A stretch of DNA of 32,000 nt, taken from NCBI RefSeq assembly GCF_001457595.1, contig NZ_LN831039.1, forward strand, positions 1,890,001-1,922,000. Direction: 5' to 3'. Source of the DNA: Mycolicibacterium smegmatis (GTDB lineage Bacteria; Actinomycetota; Actinomycetes; Mycobacteriales; Mycobacteriaceae). The notes under the pieces are model-generated. The model was not told the origin of the DNA and did not search any database. It worked only from the letters and a program-made list of their open reading frames with translations. This document shows positions 17,408 through 28,098 of the stretch, one piece after another (position 1 is the first letter of the stretch; each line of letters opens with the position of its first letter). Position numbers and translations under genes: made by a program.

Positions 17408-20400
17408 CTAACGCAACCTCAGCCCGCGCGGGGTGCGTGACAGCCCGGCGCCCAGCAGGGCGTCCTGCACGACGGCACGCTCGGCGTCCACGTCGGGGTC
17501 GAGAACCGCGACGCCGTTGATCCGTTCGACGAGCAGTGACGGGATCCGGCCCGCGCTCACCAGATCGGTGAGCGCACCGGCGGCAGCCCGCTGGGCGTCC
17601 GCGTCGGCGCCGAAGCTCAGCAGCGACCGGCCGCCGCGTTCGAGGAACCACACCAACCGCCCGTCCACCAGCGCCACCAGCGCACCGGCCTTGCGGCCCG
17701 GGCGGTGTGCCTCGGAATCGGTCGGCCAACCGAGCGCGGCGCCGTACGGGTTGGCGGGATCGGTCGCCGCGAGCACCACGGCGTGATACTCGGGCCGCTC
17801 GGGGTCGACGTTGTCGAGATAGGACCGCAGACGGTCGACGGTCGATGCGACCGCGAACTGGGCACCGCCCAGCGACTCCACGAAGTAGCCGCGCTGACAC
17901 CGGCCCGCATCCTCGAACGCGCTGAGCACCTTGTACAGCGTGGCGAACCCGCCGGGCACCCCTTCGGCGCCCACCGCGCCCTTGGTGAGCACGCCGTGGC
18001 GGCCCAGCAGCAACTCGGCCTGGAAGTGGGCGCGCACGGTCGAATCCGGTTCGGCGGCAGGCAGTGCCGACCACCGCCCCGACACGGTCGGATCGGTGCC
18101 GCGGGTCTGGGCGTGCGCCACGCTGTAGCGGCTCAACCGCGGCGGCCGTTGGCGCTGCCGGTGTGCGGGCGCGCCCGACCGTCGCGGCCCAGACAGCACG
18201 GCACGCACCGGTGCGAACGTGTCGCCGGTGACCCAACCGGCCCAGATGAGTTCCCACAGCGCCTGTTTGAGTTCCTGGCCCGCGGTCCCCTCGACGGTGC
18301 CGTCGGTGAGCTGGCGGAAGAAATACGCGCCACCGTGGCCGAGGGTTTCCAGGATCACGCGATGCGTGTCGGTGAACTCGATCTCGGCACCGTGCGTCAG
18401 CGTCAACGGCGCGGTGTCGGCCAGGTGGAACGCGACCCATCCGTCGCCGTTGCCGATCTGGCCCGCACCCGACCACATCACCTCACCCGAGGCGAGCAGT
18501 TCGTCGAGCATCGCGGGCTGGTAGTCACGCACGCGCTGGGGGAACACCAGCGATTCGACCGCAGAGGCCGGGATCGGCACACCGGCAAGTTGTTCGATCA
18601 CGGTGGCGAGCCCGTCGACGCCCGTGGTGTTGGTCGATCCGACATGCTGCCAGGACGGGAGGAACCGTGCGTAGGCGTCGGTGCTGACCGGTTCCACCTG
18701 TGCGCGCAGCGCCGCGAGCGACCTGCGGCGCAGGATCTTGAGGACCTGCGCGTCGCACCACTGTTCACCGCTGAGGTCGGCGGCGAATTCGCCGCGGATC
18801 AACCGTCCGTCGACAGCCATGCGGCTCAACACATCCGACGCGACGCGCACGCCGAGGCCGAAGCGTGCGGCGGTCTGCTCGGTGGTGAACGGGCCACGGG
18901 TGCGCGCGTAGCGGCCGATCAGATCACCGAGCGGATCCGACGCCGACTCGGTGAACGCGGCCGGCACACCCACCGGCACCGGCACACCGATACCGTCACG
19001 CAGCAGCCCGATGTCCTCGACGGCGGCCCACCAGGTCTGACCCGCGTACGTGACGGGCAGTGCCCGTTTGGCGGCGTGCAGCCCGTCGAGCCAGGCGCCG
19101 ATGTTGTCGGCGGTGCAGCGCTGGGCGATGTCGGCCTCGGTGAGGGGACCGAGCAGTCGCAGCAGATCCGCCACGCCCTCGGCGTCGCGCGCGGCGCGCT
19201 CGGGCGTGAGGTGTTGCAGCTGTGCGGAAGTCGAGGCGACCACGGCCGGATCGAGCAGCTCACGCAGCTCGACGCGGCCGAGCAGTTCGGACAGCAGCAC
19301 GGTGTCGAGCGCCAGTGCCGCGGCGCGTCGTTCGGCCAGCGGGCTGTCACCTTCGTACATGAACGCCCCGACGTACCCGAACAGCAGCGACGCCGCGAAC
19401 GGCGACGGAGTCGCGGTCTCGACCTCGACGATCCGCAGGCGCCGCTGCGCGATCTTGTGCATGAGTTCGATGAGGGCGGGCACGTCGTAGACGTCCTGCA
19501 GGCACTCACGCACGGCCTCCAGCACGATCGGGAAATCCGGGTACTTGCGCGCGATGTCGAGCAGTTGCGCGGCCCGTTGCCGCTGGTGCCACAGCGGCGA
19601 GCGTTTCCCCGGGTGCCTGCGCGGTAGCAGCAGGGCCCTGGCCGCGCACTCGCGGAACCGTGACGCGAACAGCGCGGACCCGCCCACCTCCGCGGTCACG
19701 ATCGGCTCGATCTCGTCGGCGTCGAACACGAACAGATCTGCGCCGGGCGGCGTGTCACCACTGTCGGGCAGCCGGACGATGATGCCGTCGTCGGATGCCG
19801 TGGGCTTCTCGTCGATGCCGTAGCGTTCCCGTAACCGCCGGCCGACCGCGAGTGCCAACGGGCCGTGCACGCGAAGGCCGTACGGCGAGTGCAGGATCAC
19901 CCGCCAGTCGCCGAGTTCGTCGCGGAACCGTTCGACGACGAATGTGGTGTCGCTGGGTACCACACCGGTGGCCTCGCGCTGTTCGCGCAGCAACTGGTGC
20001 AGGTTGTCGGTCGCGTAGCCCGCGAAACCCATTTTCTGGCAACGCTTGTCGAAAGCCTTGCGGTCCAGGCTCGCGAGCTCACCGGTGAACGCGCCGACCG
20101 CGGCACCCAGTTCGGCCGGGCGGCCCACGCTGTCGCCGCGCCAGAAGGGCAACCGTGCGGGCTGGCCCGGCGCCGGGATCACCAGCACCCGGTCGTGCGT
20201 GATCTCGGTGATGCGCCAACTGGTCGCGCCAAGCGAGATCACATCGCCGGGCCGGGATTCGTAGACCATCTCCTCGTCGAGTTCACCTACGCGGGAAGGC
20301 TTTTCGGTCTCGGAGGCCAGGTATACGGTGAACATGCCGCGATCCGGGATCGCGCCGCCCGAGGTCACCGCGAGCCGCTGCGCGCCGGGGCGAGCGGTCA

Positions 20401-21931
20401 GTGTGCCCGTGTCACGGTCGTAGACCAGGCGGGGCCGCAACTCGGCGAACTCGGTCGACGGGTACTTGCCCGACAACAGGTCCAGGGTGGCCTCGAATGC
20501 GCTGCGCGGCAGCGTCGCGAACGGTGCGCTGCGGCGCACGGCGTCGAACCAGGCGTCGGCGTCGACCGGTTCCAGCGCGGCAACCGCGACGGTGTGCTGG
20601 GCCAGCACGTCGAGCGGGTTGGCGGGCACCCGCAGGGTCTCGATGTCGCCGGTCTGCATGCGCTGCACGGTGACCGCGCATCCGATCAGATCCGTGCGGT
20701 GCTTGGGGAACAGCACGCCCTGGGAGATCTCACCGACCTGGTGGCCGGCGCGGCCCACGCGTTGCAGACCGCTCGCCACCGAAGGCGGCGCCTCGACCTG
20801 GATCACCAGATCGACCGCACCCATGTCGATCCCGAGTTCCAGGCTCGACGTCGCGACGACGGCGCGCAGCCTGCCGCTCTTGAGGTCGTCCTCGACCTGG
20901 GCCCGCTGCTCCTTGCTGACCGAGCCGTGGTGAGCGCGCGCGAGCAGCGGCGGGGCCCCGTTGGCCTGCCCGCTGCCCATGAGATGCGCCGGCGCCCCGC
21001 CGCCGACCTCCGGATTGGGCCCGGCGGGCAGTTCGATGCCGCTGCGCTCGGCGTGGATCTCGTTGAGCCGCGAGGTCAGCCGCTCGGCGAGACGCCGCGA
21101 GTTGGCGAACACGATCGACGAATTGTGCGCCTCGACGAGGTCGACGATGCGTTCCTCGACGTCGGGCCAGATCGAGTTGTTGTCCAGATTCGCCATGTCG
21201 GGCACCGGCACCTGCACCGACAAATCGAAAGTCTTGGCCGCGGGCGGGCAGACGATCGTGGTGGGGGCCTGCCCGGACAGGAACCGCGCGACCTCCTCGG
21301 GCGGGCGGACCGTGGCCGACAACCCGATGCGCTGCGCCGGTGTGTCGAGGAGCTGGTCAAGACGCTCCAAAGACAACGCGAGGTGCGCGCCGCGCTTGGT
21401 GGCGGCCACCGCGTGCACCTCGTCGACGATGACCGTGCGCACCGAGGTGAGCGTCTCGCGGGCCGCCGAGGTCAGCATGAGGAACAGCGATTCGGGCGTC
21501 GTGATCAGGACGTCCGGGGGGTTGGCGATCATCGCACGGCGCTGGTTGGGCGGGGTGTCGCCGGAACGTACACCGACCGTGATGGACGGCGCGGGCAGTC
21601 CGTGCCGCTCGGCGACGCGGGTGATGCCGGTCAACGGGGTGCGCAGGTTCCGTTCGACGTCGACGGCCAGCGCCTTGAGCGGGGACACGTAGAGCACCTG
21701 CGTGCCCTGTGACGGTTCCCGGGCGGGATCGGCGAGACGGTCGATCGCCCACAGGAACGCGGCCAGGGTCTTGCCCGACCCCGTCGGGGCGATGACCAGC
21801 GTGTTGTTGCCTTCGGAGATTGCGGACCACGCGTCGGCCTGCGCGGGTGTGGGCGCTGCGAACGCGGTGGTGAACCACTCCCGGGTCAGCGCGCTGAACC
21901 GGCCCAGCGGATCAGCCCCATTGGTGGTCAT
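17408..21931 (-). CDS. lhr: Large ATP-dependent helicase Lhr (1507 aa)
   Basis: [22 protein letters not shown] (motif I), [15 protein letters not shown] (DEVH), [40 protein letters not shown], long Lhr C-terminal extension. Confidence 0.95.
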   Translation of the reverse strand: MTTNGADPLGRFSALTREWFTTAFAAPTPAQADAWSAISEGNNTLVIAPTGSGKTLAAFLWAIDRLADPAREPSQGTQVLYVSPLKALAVDVERNLRTPLTGITRVAERHGLPAPSITVGVRSGDTPPNQRRAMIANPPDVLITTPESLFLMLTSAARETLTSVRTVIVDEVHAVAATKRGAHLALSLERLDQLLDTPAQRIGLSATVRPPEEVARFLSGQAPTTIVCPPAAKTFDLSVQVPVPDMANLDNNSIWPDVEERIVDLVEAHNSSIVFANSRRLAERLTSRLNEIHAERSGIELPAGPNPEVGGGAPAHLMGSGQANGAPPLLARAHHGSVSKEQRAQVEDDLKSGRLRAVVATSSLELGIDMGAVDLVIQVEAPPSVASGLQRVGRAGHQVGEISQGVLFPKHRTDLIGCAVTVQRMQTGDIETLRVPANPLDVLAQHTVAVAALEPVDADAWFDAVRRSAPFATLPRSAFEATLDLLSGKYPSTEFAELRPRLVYDRDTGTLTARPGAQRLAVTSGGAIPDRGMFTVYLASETEKPSRVGELDEEMVYESRPGDVISLGATSWRITEITHDRVLVIPAPGQPARLPFWRGDSVGRPAELGAAVGAFTGELASLDRKAFDKRCQKMGFAGYATDNLHQLLREQREATGVVPSDTTFVVERFRDELGDWRVILHSPYGLRVHGPLALAVGRRLRERYGIDEKPTASDDGIIVRLPDSGDTPPGADLFVFDADEIEPIVTAEVGGSALFASRFRECAARALLLPRRHPGKRSPLWHQRQRAAQLLDIARKYPDFPIVLEAVRECLQDVYDVPALIELMHKIAQRRLRIVEVETATPSPFAASLLFGYVGAFMYEGDSPLAERRAAALALDTVLLSELLGRVELRELLDPAVVASTSAQLQHLTPERAARDAEGVADLLRLLGPLTEADIAQRCTADNIGAWLDGLHAAKRALPVTYAGQTWWAAVEDIGLLRDGIGVPVPVGVPAAFTESASDPLGDLIGRYARTRGPFTTEQTAARFGLGVRVASDVLSRMAVDGRLIRGEFAADLSGEQWCDAQVLKILRRRSLAALRAQVEPVSTDAYARFLPSWQHVGSTNTTGVDGLATVIEQLAGVPIPASAVESLVFPQRVRDYQPAMLDELLASGEVMWSGAGQIGNGDGWVAFHLADTAPLTLTHGAEIEFTDTHRVILETLGHGGAYFFRQLTDGTVEGTAGQELKQALWELIWAGWVTGDTFAPVRAVLSGPRRSGAPAHRQRQRPPRLSRYSVAHAQTRGTDPTVSGRWSALPAAEPDSTVRAHFQAELLLGRHGVLTKGAVGAEGVPGGFATLYKVLSAFEDAGRCQRGYFVESLGGAQFAVASTVDRLRSYLDNVDPERPEYHAVVLAATDPANPYGAALGWPTDSEAHRPGRKAGALVALVDGRLVWFLERGGRSLLSFGADADAQRAAAGALTDLVSAGRIPSLLVERINGVAVLDPDVDAERAVVQDALLGAGLSRTPRGLRLR

Positions 21932-21992
21932 CTAGCCATGGTGCACCCGGGCACCGACAAGGAACATGTCTGTTCGCGGCCGGCGGATCACA

Positions 21993-22166
21993 TCAGTCGG
22001 CTTTGCCCTGGCTCCTGGCCTCGGCGCCGCTCTGCTCGGCGTCGAAGGAATCGTCGCCCGCGGCCCGTCCGACGAAGCGCCCGCCCTCCCGCGAGGTGGC
22101 GACGTTCTCATCGGAGTCGACATCTTCTTCGGACCTGTCGTCCGTGTCTTCGGGGTGCTCGGCCAT
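21993..22166 (-). CDS. Small acidic protein, 57 aa (below the length cut-off of the supplied ORF track)
   Basis: Manual translation: MAEHPEDTDDRSEEDVDSDENVATSREGGRFVGRAAGDDSFDAEQSGAEARSQGKAD*. Same strand as and 61 bp upstream of lhr. No strong RBS. Confidence 0.5.
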   Translation of the reverse strand: MAEHPEDTDDRSEEDVDSDENVATSREGGRFVGRAAGDDSFDAEQSGAEARSQGKAD

Positions 22167-22282
22167 GGGCTGGTACTACCCGGCGAACACCGTGGTGAAA
22201 CCGGGCTTGAGCTGCGGCCGACCGGGGTACTTTCAGGGCATCGGCAGGTTGTCCCGCACGATGCGCACGTATAGGTCCGCAC

Positions 22283-23731
22283 ATGGAGTGGTTCACGGCA
22301 TCCGACTACTGGCTGGCACGGATGGTGTTGCAGCGGGGGATCGCGGCGCTCTACGTCGTCGCGTTCGTCGCGGCGGCGCTGCAGTTCCGGGCACTGCTGG
22401 GCGAGCGCGGCCTGTTGCCGATCCCGCGGTTTCTGGCGCGTAGCTCGTTCCGCAATTCGCCGAGCATCTTCCACCTCCACTACTCCGACCGGTTCTTCGC
22501 CGCGGTCTGCTGGACCGGCGCCGCGGTCGCGGCCGCCATGGTGCTGGGCGCAGGGGACCGGTTGCCGCTGTGGGCCGCGATGCTGGTGTGGGTGCTCCTG
22601 TGGGTGCTGTACCTGTCGATCGTCAACGTGGGACAGGCCTGGTACTCGTTCGGATGGGAGTCGCTGCTGCTGGAGGCAGGCACGCTCGCGGTGTTCCTCG
22701 GCAACGACGACGTGGCGCCGCCGCTACTGGTGCTGTGGCTCGTGCGGTGGCTGCTGTTCCGCGTCGAGTTCGGCGCCGGGATGATCAAGATGCGCGGCGA
22801 CCGCTGCTGGCGTGATCTGACGTGCCTGTACTACCACCACGAGACCCAGCCGATGCCCGGCCCGCTCAGCTGGTTCTTCCACCACCTGCCCAAGCCGCTG
22901 CACCGCGTCGAGGTGGCGGGCAACCACGTGGCGCAACTGGTGATCCCGTTCCTGCTGTTCGCCCCGCAGCCGGTCGCGAGCACTGCGGCCGCGGTTGTCA
23001 TCGTCACGCAGCTGTGGCTCGTGGCCTCAGGGAACTTCGCGTGGCTCAACTGGATCACGATCGTCCTGGCGTGCGGGGTGGTGTCGGATACGGCGCTTTC
23101 CGCCGTGGTCGGGGTGTCGGCGGCGCCCGATGTGGGTGACCCGCCGGTGTGGTACGTGGCCGCGGTGGTCGCGTTCACCGCGATGGTGGTGTCGTTGAGC
23201 TTCTGGCCGCTGCGCAACCTGGTCACAAAGCGGCAGCGGATGAACATGTCCTACAACCGGTATCACCTGGTGAACTCGTACGGCGCGTTCGGCGTGGTCG
23301 GCCGCACACGCGACGAGGTGGTGATCGAGGGGACCGACGAGCCGACGATCAACGACGAGACGACGTGGCGTGAGTACGAGTTCAAGGGCAAGCCGGGGGA
23401 CGTGCGACGCCTGCCGCGTCAGTTCGCGCCGTATCACCTGCGCCTGGACTGGCTGATGTGGTTCGCGGCGATCTCACCGACCTATGCGCATCCGTGGCTG
23501 CGGACGTTTCTGGAACGGCTGCTCGAAGGCGACCGGGCGACGCTGAAGCTGTTGCGCACCAACCCGTTTCCCGGTGAACCGCCGCGGTATGTGCGGGCAC
23601 GGCTGTACCGGTACCGCTACAGCACGTGGGACGAACTGCGCCGCGACCACGTGTGGTGGCAGCGCACGCTGCTGGGCGACTATGTGCCGCCGGTGACGCT
23701 ACGTGCCGGGCACGGCAGTGCCGCGCAGTGA
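22283..23731 (+). CDS. Lipase maturation factor-like (LMF1 family) multi-TM membrane protein
   Basis: DYWLARMVLQRGIAALYVVAF, SIVNVGQAWYSFGWESLLLEAGTLAVFLG, RVEFGAGMIKMRGDRCWRDLTCLYYHHETQPMPGPLSWFFHHLP, typical of LMF family proteins. Confidence 0.85.
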   Translation: MEWFTASDYWLARMVLQRGIAALYVVAFVAAALQFRALLGERGLLPIPRFLARSSFRNSPSIFHLHYSDRFFAAVCWTGAAVAAAMVLGAGDRLPLWAAMLVWVLLWVLYLSIVNVGQAWYSFGWESLLLEAGTLAVFLGNDDVAPPLLVLWLVRWLLFRVEFGAGMIKMRGDRCWRDLTCLYYHHETQPMPGPLSWFFHHLPKPLHRVEVAGNHVAQLVIPFLLFAPQPVASTAAAVVIVTQLWLVASGNFAWLNWITIVLACGVVSDTALSAVVGVSAAPDVGDPPVWYVAAVVAFTAMVVSLSFWPLRNLVTKRQRMNMSYNRYHLVNSYGAFGVVGRTRDEVVIEGTDEPTINDETTWREYEFKGKPGDVRRLPRQFAPYHLRLDWLMWFAAISPTYAHPWLRTFLERLLEGDRATLKLLRTNPFPGEPPRYVRARLYRYRYSTWDELRRDHVWWQRTLLGDYVPPVTLRAGHGSAAQ

Positions 23732-24514
23732 CCGCTGGTAGCGCCGCATCCCGGCGATCCAGCGGTCGTAGTCGGAACCCTTGCGGCGGTACAGGTCGAG
23801 TACGTGCGGGTGGGGCAGGACGAGGAACCGCCCGGCCTGTACGGCCTCGACGGTCACGGTTGCCACATCCTGCGGCGTGATCACGTCACCGGACTGCACG
23901 ATCGACTCGGCGCCGACGAGGGCATCGGTCTCGGCCGAGTTGCGCACGGCATGCAGCAGCGGGGTGTCCACCCCCAGCGGGCACACGCAACTCACGCCGA
24001 CGCCGTCGTCGCCGTAGGTGATCGCGAGCCACTCGGCGAAGCCCACCGCGGCGTGCTTGGTGACGGCGTAGCCGGCCGCGCCGATCTGCGAGAGCAGACC
24101 GGCGGCCGAGGCCACCGACACGAAATACCCGCGCCCGCGCGAGATCCACTGCGGCACCAGGACATCGGCGGCCCGTATGTGCGCCCGCAGGTTCACCGCG
24201 AGGATGCGGTCCCACTCCTCGTCGGTGCCCAGACCCGACGCGCCGATGATCCCCGCGTTGGCGACGTAGATGTCGACCGGGCCGAACTCGGTGCGGGTGA
24301 GCGCCTCGATGTCGGCTGTGGCGGAGGCGTCCGCGCGCACCGCCACGGCGTTCCCGCCCGCCGACTCGATCCGTGCCGCGGTGGCTGCGGCGCCCGGTTC
24401 GTCGAGGTCGGCGACGACGACGCGGGCGCCCGCGGCCGCGAACGCCTCTGCCAGCGCCGCGCCGATGCCCGAACCGCCGCCGGTGACCACGGCGGTCGTG
24501 CCGTCGATGTCCAT
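23699..24514 (-). CDS. Short-chain dehydrogenase/reductase (SDR)
   Basis: MDIDGTTAVVTGGGSGIGAALAEAF, VANAGIIG, YAVTKHAAVGF. ATG at 24514. The 3' end overlaps the end of the LMF-like gene by 33 bp. Confidence 0.88.
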   Translation of the reverse strand: MDIDGTTAVVTGGGSGIGAALAEAFAAAGARVVVADLDEPGAAATAARIESAGGNAVAVRADASATADIEALTRTEFGPVDIYVANAGIIGASGLGTDEEWDRILAVNLRAHIRAADVLVPQWISRGRGYFVSVASAAGLLSQIGAAGYAVTKHAAVGFAEWLAITYGDDGVGVSCVCPLGVDTPLLHAVRNSAETDALVGAESIVQSGDVITPQDVATVTVEAVQAGRFLVLPHPHVLDLYRRKGSDYDRWIAGMRRYQRSLRGTAVPGT

Positions 24515-24552
24515 GTGCCTCTTTCTACCCGAGTTCCTACCCGGGGCCGGTG

Positions 24553-26136
24553 CTACCCGAAGTGCACGCCTTGCGCCAGCGGCAACTCCGAGGAGTAGTT
24601 GACGGTGTTGGTGGCGCGGCGCATGTAGGCCTTCCACGCGTCCGAACCCGACTCGCGCCCACCACCGGTCTGCTTCTCGCCGCCGAACGCGCCGCCGATT
24701 TCGGCGCCCGACGTGCCGATGTTGACGTTGGCGATGCCGCAGTCCGATCCGTCGGCCGCCAGGAACCGCTCGGCCTCGCGCACGTCGGTGGTGAAGATCG
24801 CCGACGAGAGCCCCTGCGGCACCGCGTTGTTGAGCGCGATCGCCTCATCGAGGTCGTCGTAGGTGAGCACGTAGAGGATCGGCGCGAAGGTCTCGTTGTG
24901 CACGATCTCGGTCTGCGCGGGCATCACCACGACCGCGGGTGCGACGTAGAACGCGCCTTCCTCGTCGCCGAGCTCGTGACGTTCACCGCCGTGGACCGTG
25001 CCGCCGTCGGCGCGGGCCTGCTCCAGCGCGCCCACCATGTCGCGGTAGGCGCGGGCGTGGATCAGCGGACCGACCAGCGTGCCCTCGGCGGACGGGTCAC
25101 CGATCGGCAGGCTCTGGTACGCCGAGACGACGCGGCGCACCACCTCGTCGGCGACCGAGGAATGCACGATCAGCCTGCGCAGCGTCGTGCACCGCTGGCC
25201 CGCGGTGCCCGCGGCTGAGAACACGATCGCCCGCACGGCGAGATCGAGGTCCGCCGAGGGCGTCACGATCGCGGCGTTGTTGCCGCCGAGTTCCAGCAGC
25301 ACCTTGCCGAACCTCGCCGCCACCCGCGGGCCCACCTCCCGGCCCATCCGGACCGATCCGGTCGCGCTGACCAGGGCCACCCGCGGGTCGTCGACCAGGC
25401 GTTCGCCGACCTCGCGGCCACCTTGCACCAGCCGGCTCACCGCGGCAGGCGCGCCGACGTCGGCGGCGGCCCGCTCGATGAGCGCCTGGCACGCGATCGC
25501 GGTCAGCGGCGTGAGCTCCGACGGCTTCCACACGACGGTGTCACCGCACACCAACGCGATCGCGGTGTTCCACGACCACACGGCCACGGGGAAGTTGAAC
25601 GCGGTGATCACCCCGACCACGCCCAGCGGGTGCCAGGTCTCCATCAACCTGTGGCCCGGGCGCTCCGAGGCGATGGTGCGGCCGTACAACTGGCGCGACA
25701 GCCCGACGGCGAAGTCGCAGATGTCGATCATCTCCTGCACCTCGCCGAGTGCCTCCGAGGTGATCTTGCCCGCCTCGACCGTCACGAGCGTCGCGAGATC
25801 GGCCTTGTGCTCGACGAGCAGCTGGCCCAGCCGCGCCACGAGCGCACCGCGCACCGGGGCAGGCGTGGTGCGCCACACGGAAAACGCCTGGGCCGCTTCG
25901 GCGATCGCCGCGTCGGCGGCCTCGGCGGTGTGTGCGGGCAGCGTGAACAACACGTCGCCGGTGATGGGTGTGCTGGCGTGCAGGTCACCGTCGGACGCGC
26001 CGCCCGGCTCGGCGAGCGCGGTTGTCGCGCCGATCGCGTCGAGAGCACGGCGCACCCGCTGCCGCAGCTCGTCGGCCGTGGGAAGACCGGCCGCGCCGGC
26101 GCCCTGGGGTTTGTCGGTGGTGATGTTCGCAGTCAT
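24553..26136 (-). CDS. pcd: L-piperideine-6-carboxylate dehydrogenase / aldehyde dehydrogenase (ALDH7-like)
   Basis: VVGVITAFNFPVAVWSWN, GRVGREV-type motifs, KVLLELGGNNAAIVTP, AAGTAGQRCTTLRRL (catalytic Cys), GGAFGGEKQTGGGRESGSDAWKAYMRR. Next to lrpA and lat, as in the Rv3293-Rv3290c region. Confidence 0.87.
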   Translation of the reverse strand: MTANITTDKPQGAGAAGLPTADELRQRVRRALDAIGATTALAEPGGASDGDLHASTPITGDVLFTLPAHTAEAADAAIAEAAQAFSVWRTTPAPVRGALVARLGQLLVEHKADLATLVTVEAGKITSEALGEVQEMIDICDFAVGLSRQLYGRTIASERPGHRLMETWHPLGVVGVITAFNFPVAVWSWNTAIALVCGDTVVWKPSELTPLTAIACQALIERAAADVGAPAAVSRLVQGGREVGERLVDDPRVALVSATGSVRMGREVGPRVAARFGKVLLELGGNNAAIVTPSADLDLAVRAIVFSAAGTAGQRCTTLRRLIVHSSVADEVVRRVVSAYQSLPIGDPSAEGTLVGPLIHARAYRDMVGALEQARADGGTVHGGERHELGDEEGAFYVAPAVVVMPAQTEIVHNETFAPILYVLTYDDLDEAIALNNAVPQGLSSAIFTTDVREAERFLAADGSDCGIANVNIGTSGAEIGGAFGGEKQTGGGRESGSDAWKAYMRRATNTVNYSSELPLAQGVHFG

Positions 26137-26207
26137 CGTTGGGCCTCTCTGGTCGGCTGTACTGGGTTGGGGCCGGGCTGGACAGGTGAACCGCTACAGT
26201 GCGGGCC

Positions 26208-26672
26208 ATGGGCGAACCGGACGAACAGTCGTTGGATGGGATCGACCGGATTCTGGTCCGCGAACTCGTGGCAGATGGGCGGGCGACTCTGGCGCACCTC
26301 GCGGCGGCCGCCGGGCTCTCGGTGTCGGCAGTGCAGGCCCGCGTGCGACGTCTGGAATCCCGCGGTGTGGTGACCGGGTACGCGGCGCGGATCAACCCCG
26401 AAGCGCTGGGCAACATGCTTTCGGCGTTCGTCGCCATCACTCCTCTCGATCCGTCCCAACCCGATGATGCGCCTGCCCGGCTGGAGCACATCCCCGAAAT
26501 CGAGTCGTGCCATTCGGTGGCGGGCGACGAGAGCTACGTCCTTCAGGTCCGGGTGGCCTCGGCGCGTGCTCTGGAGGACCTGCTGCAGCGCATCAGGACC
26601 GCGGCGAACGTCAGGACCCGCAGCACCATAATCTTGCAGACATTTTACACAGGTAGGGACTACATTCCGTAA
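26208..26672 (+). CDS. lrpA: Lrp/AsnC-family regulator (LrpA, Rv3291c-like)
   Basis: LDGIDRILVRELVADGRATLAHLAAAAGLSVSAVQARVRRLESRGVVTGYAARINPEALG; C-terminal RAM domain; adjacent to lat. ATG at 26208 preferred over GTG 26199. Confidence 0.88.
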   Translation: MGEPDEQSLDGIDRILVRELVADGRATLAHLAAAAGLSVSAVQARVRRLESRGVVTGYAARINPEALGNMLSAFVAITPLDPSQPDDAPARLEHIPEIESCHSVAGDESYVLQVRVASARALEDLLQRIRTAANVRTRSTIILQTFYTGRDYIP

Positions 26673-26711
26673 ACCTTGCGGTCTCGGGTCGCATTCACCG
26701 TAAAAATTGCG
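26667..26711. repeat. Tandem direct repeat upstream of lat (candidate Lrp sites)
   Basis: CCGTAAACCTTGCG (26667-26680) and CCGTAAAAATTGCG (26698-26711), 12/14 identical, 31 bp start to start. Confidence 0.5.
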
Positions 26712-26724
26712 CTAACCTGGCGGC

Positions 26725-28089
26725 ATGACCGCTCTGCTGAACACGCCTGTCTCCGGATCGTCCTCGCCGGGCGCGAGCCCAGAGCTCGCTCCTGAACTCG
26801 TTCGGGAGACACTGGCCCGCAGCATCCTGGCCGACGGTTTCGACTTCGTGCTGGACCTGGAGGAGTCCCGCGGATCGCATCTGGTCGACGCGCGGACCGG
26901 TGAGCGTTTCCTGGACATGTTCACGTTCTTCGCGTCGTCGGCGCTCGGCATGAACCATTCGGCGCTGGCCGACGATCCCGAGTTCCGCGCCGAACTGGCG
27001 CAGGCCGCGCTGAACAAGCCCAGCAACTCCGACATCTACAGCGTGCCGATGGCACGGTTCGTCGACACGTTCCGGCGGGTGCTCGGCGACCCGGCGCTGC
27101 CGCATCTGTTCTTCGTCGACGGCGGTGCGCTCGCCGTGGAGAACGCACTCAAGGTGGCGTTCGACTGGAAGAGCAGGCACAACGAGGCGCACGGGATCGA
27201 CCCGGAACTGGGCACCAAGGTCCTGCACCTGCGCGGCGCGTTCCACGGCCGCAGCGGCTACACCCTGTCGCTGACCAACACCGATCCGGTCAAGGTCGCC
27301 CGCTTCCCGAAATTCGACTGGCCGCGCATCGACGCGCCCTACGTGCGTCCCGGACTCGACGACGACGCCATGGCGGCGCTGGAGGCCGAGTCGCTGCGCC
27401 AGGCGCGTGCGGCGTTCGAGGCACACCCGCACGACATCGCGTGCTTCATCGCCGAACCCATCCAGGGTGAAGGCGGGGACCGCCACTTCCGGCCCGAATT
27501 CTTCGCGGCCATGCGCGAACTGTGCGACGAGTTCGACGCGCTGCTGATCTTCGACGAGGTCCAGACGGGCTGCGGCATCACCGGAACCGCCTGGGCCTAC
27601 CAGCAATTGGGTGTGATGCCCGATGTGGTCTCGTTCGGCAAGAAGACGCAGGTGTGCGGCGTGATGGCCGGGCGCCGTGTCGACGAGGTGGCCGACAACG
27701 TGTTCGCCGTGAGCTCGCGCATCAACTCCACCTGGGGCGGAAATCTGGTCGACATGGTGCGCTCGCGCCGCATCCTCGAGGTGATCGAGCGCGACGGCCT
27801 GCTGGACAATGCACGCGACATGGGCGCGTACCTGCTCGACGAGTTGCGCGTGCTGGCAACACGATTCCCGGGCGTCGTTGTCGACCCGCGCGGTCGCGGA
27901 CTGATGTGCGCCTTCAGCATGCCCACGCCCGAGGACCGCGACGCCCTGATCCGCAAGCTGTGGGACCGCCACGTCATCATGCTGCCCAGCGGGGCGGATT
28001 CGGTGCGGTTCCGTCCGGCGCTGCCCGTGACGCGCGCCGAGATCGACGCGTGCCTCGACGCCGTGCGCGCCGTGCTCAGCGAGCGCTGA
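26725..28089 (+). CDS. lat: L-lysine 6-transaminase (lysine-epsilon aminotransferase)
   Basis: Class III aminotransferase: FVDGGALAVENALKVAFDWKSRHNEAHG, HLRGAFHGRSGYTLSLTNTDP, LIFDEVQTGCGITG, SFGKKTQVCGVMAGRR (PLP Lys). Confidence 0.93.
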   Translation: MTALLNTPVSGSSSPGASPELAPELVRETLARSILADGFDFVLDLEESRGSHLVDARTGERFLDMFTFFASSALGMNHSALADDPEFRAELAQAALNKPSNSDIYSVPMARFVDTFRRVLGDPALPHLFFVDGGALAVENALKVAFDWKSRHNEAHGIDPELGTKVLHLRGAFHGRSGYTLSLTNTDPVKVARFPKFDWPRIDAPYVRPGLDDDAMAALEAESLRQARAAFEAHPHDIACFIAEPIQGEGGDRHFRPEFFAAMRELCDEFDALLIFDEVQTGCGITGTAWAYQQLGVMPDVVSFGKKTQVCGVMAGRRVDEVADNVFAVSSRINSTWGGNLVDMVRSRRILEVIERDGLLDNARDMGAYLLDELRVLATRFPGVVVDPRGRGLMCAFSMPTPEDRDALIRKLWDRHVIMLPSGADSVRFRPALPVTRAEIDACLDAVRAVLSER

Positions 28090-28098
28090 GCAGCGCTC
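28081..28098. terminator. Hairpin spanning the stop of lat and touching the stop of the Mrr-like gene
   Basis: GAGCGCTG-AG-CAGCGCTC perfect 8-bp arms; lat TGA at 28087-28089, Mrr-like stop at 28097-28099. Confidence 0.45.

Noticed and set aside
17705-21712. Long plus-strand ORFs (640 aa and 615 aa) opposite lhr
   Set aside because: Both lie completely within lhr coding sequence, with compositionally biased translations and no recognisable domain.
21932-22480. Minus-strand 182-aa ORF and plus-strand 102-aa ORF (21966-22274) upstream of lhr
   Set aside because: No domain-like content and overlap with the LMF-like gene; the 57-aa acidic minus ORF is a better candidate for this gap.
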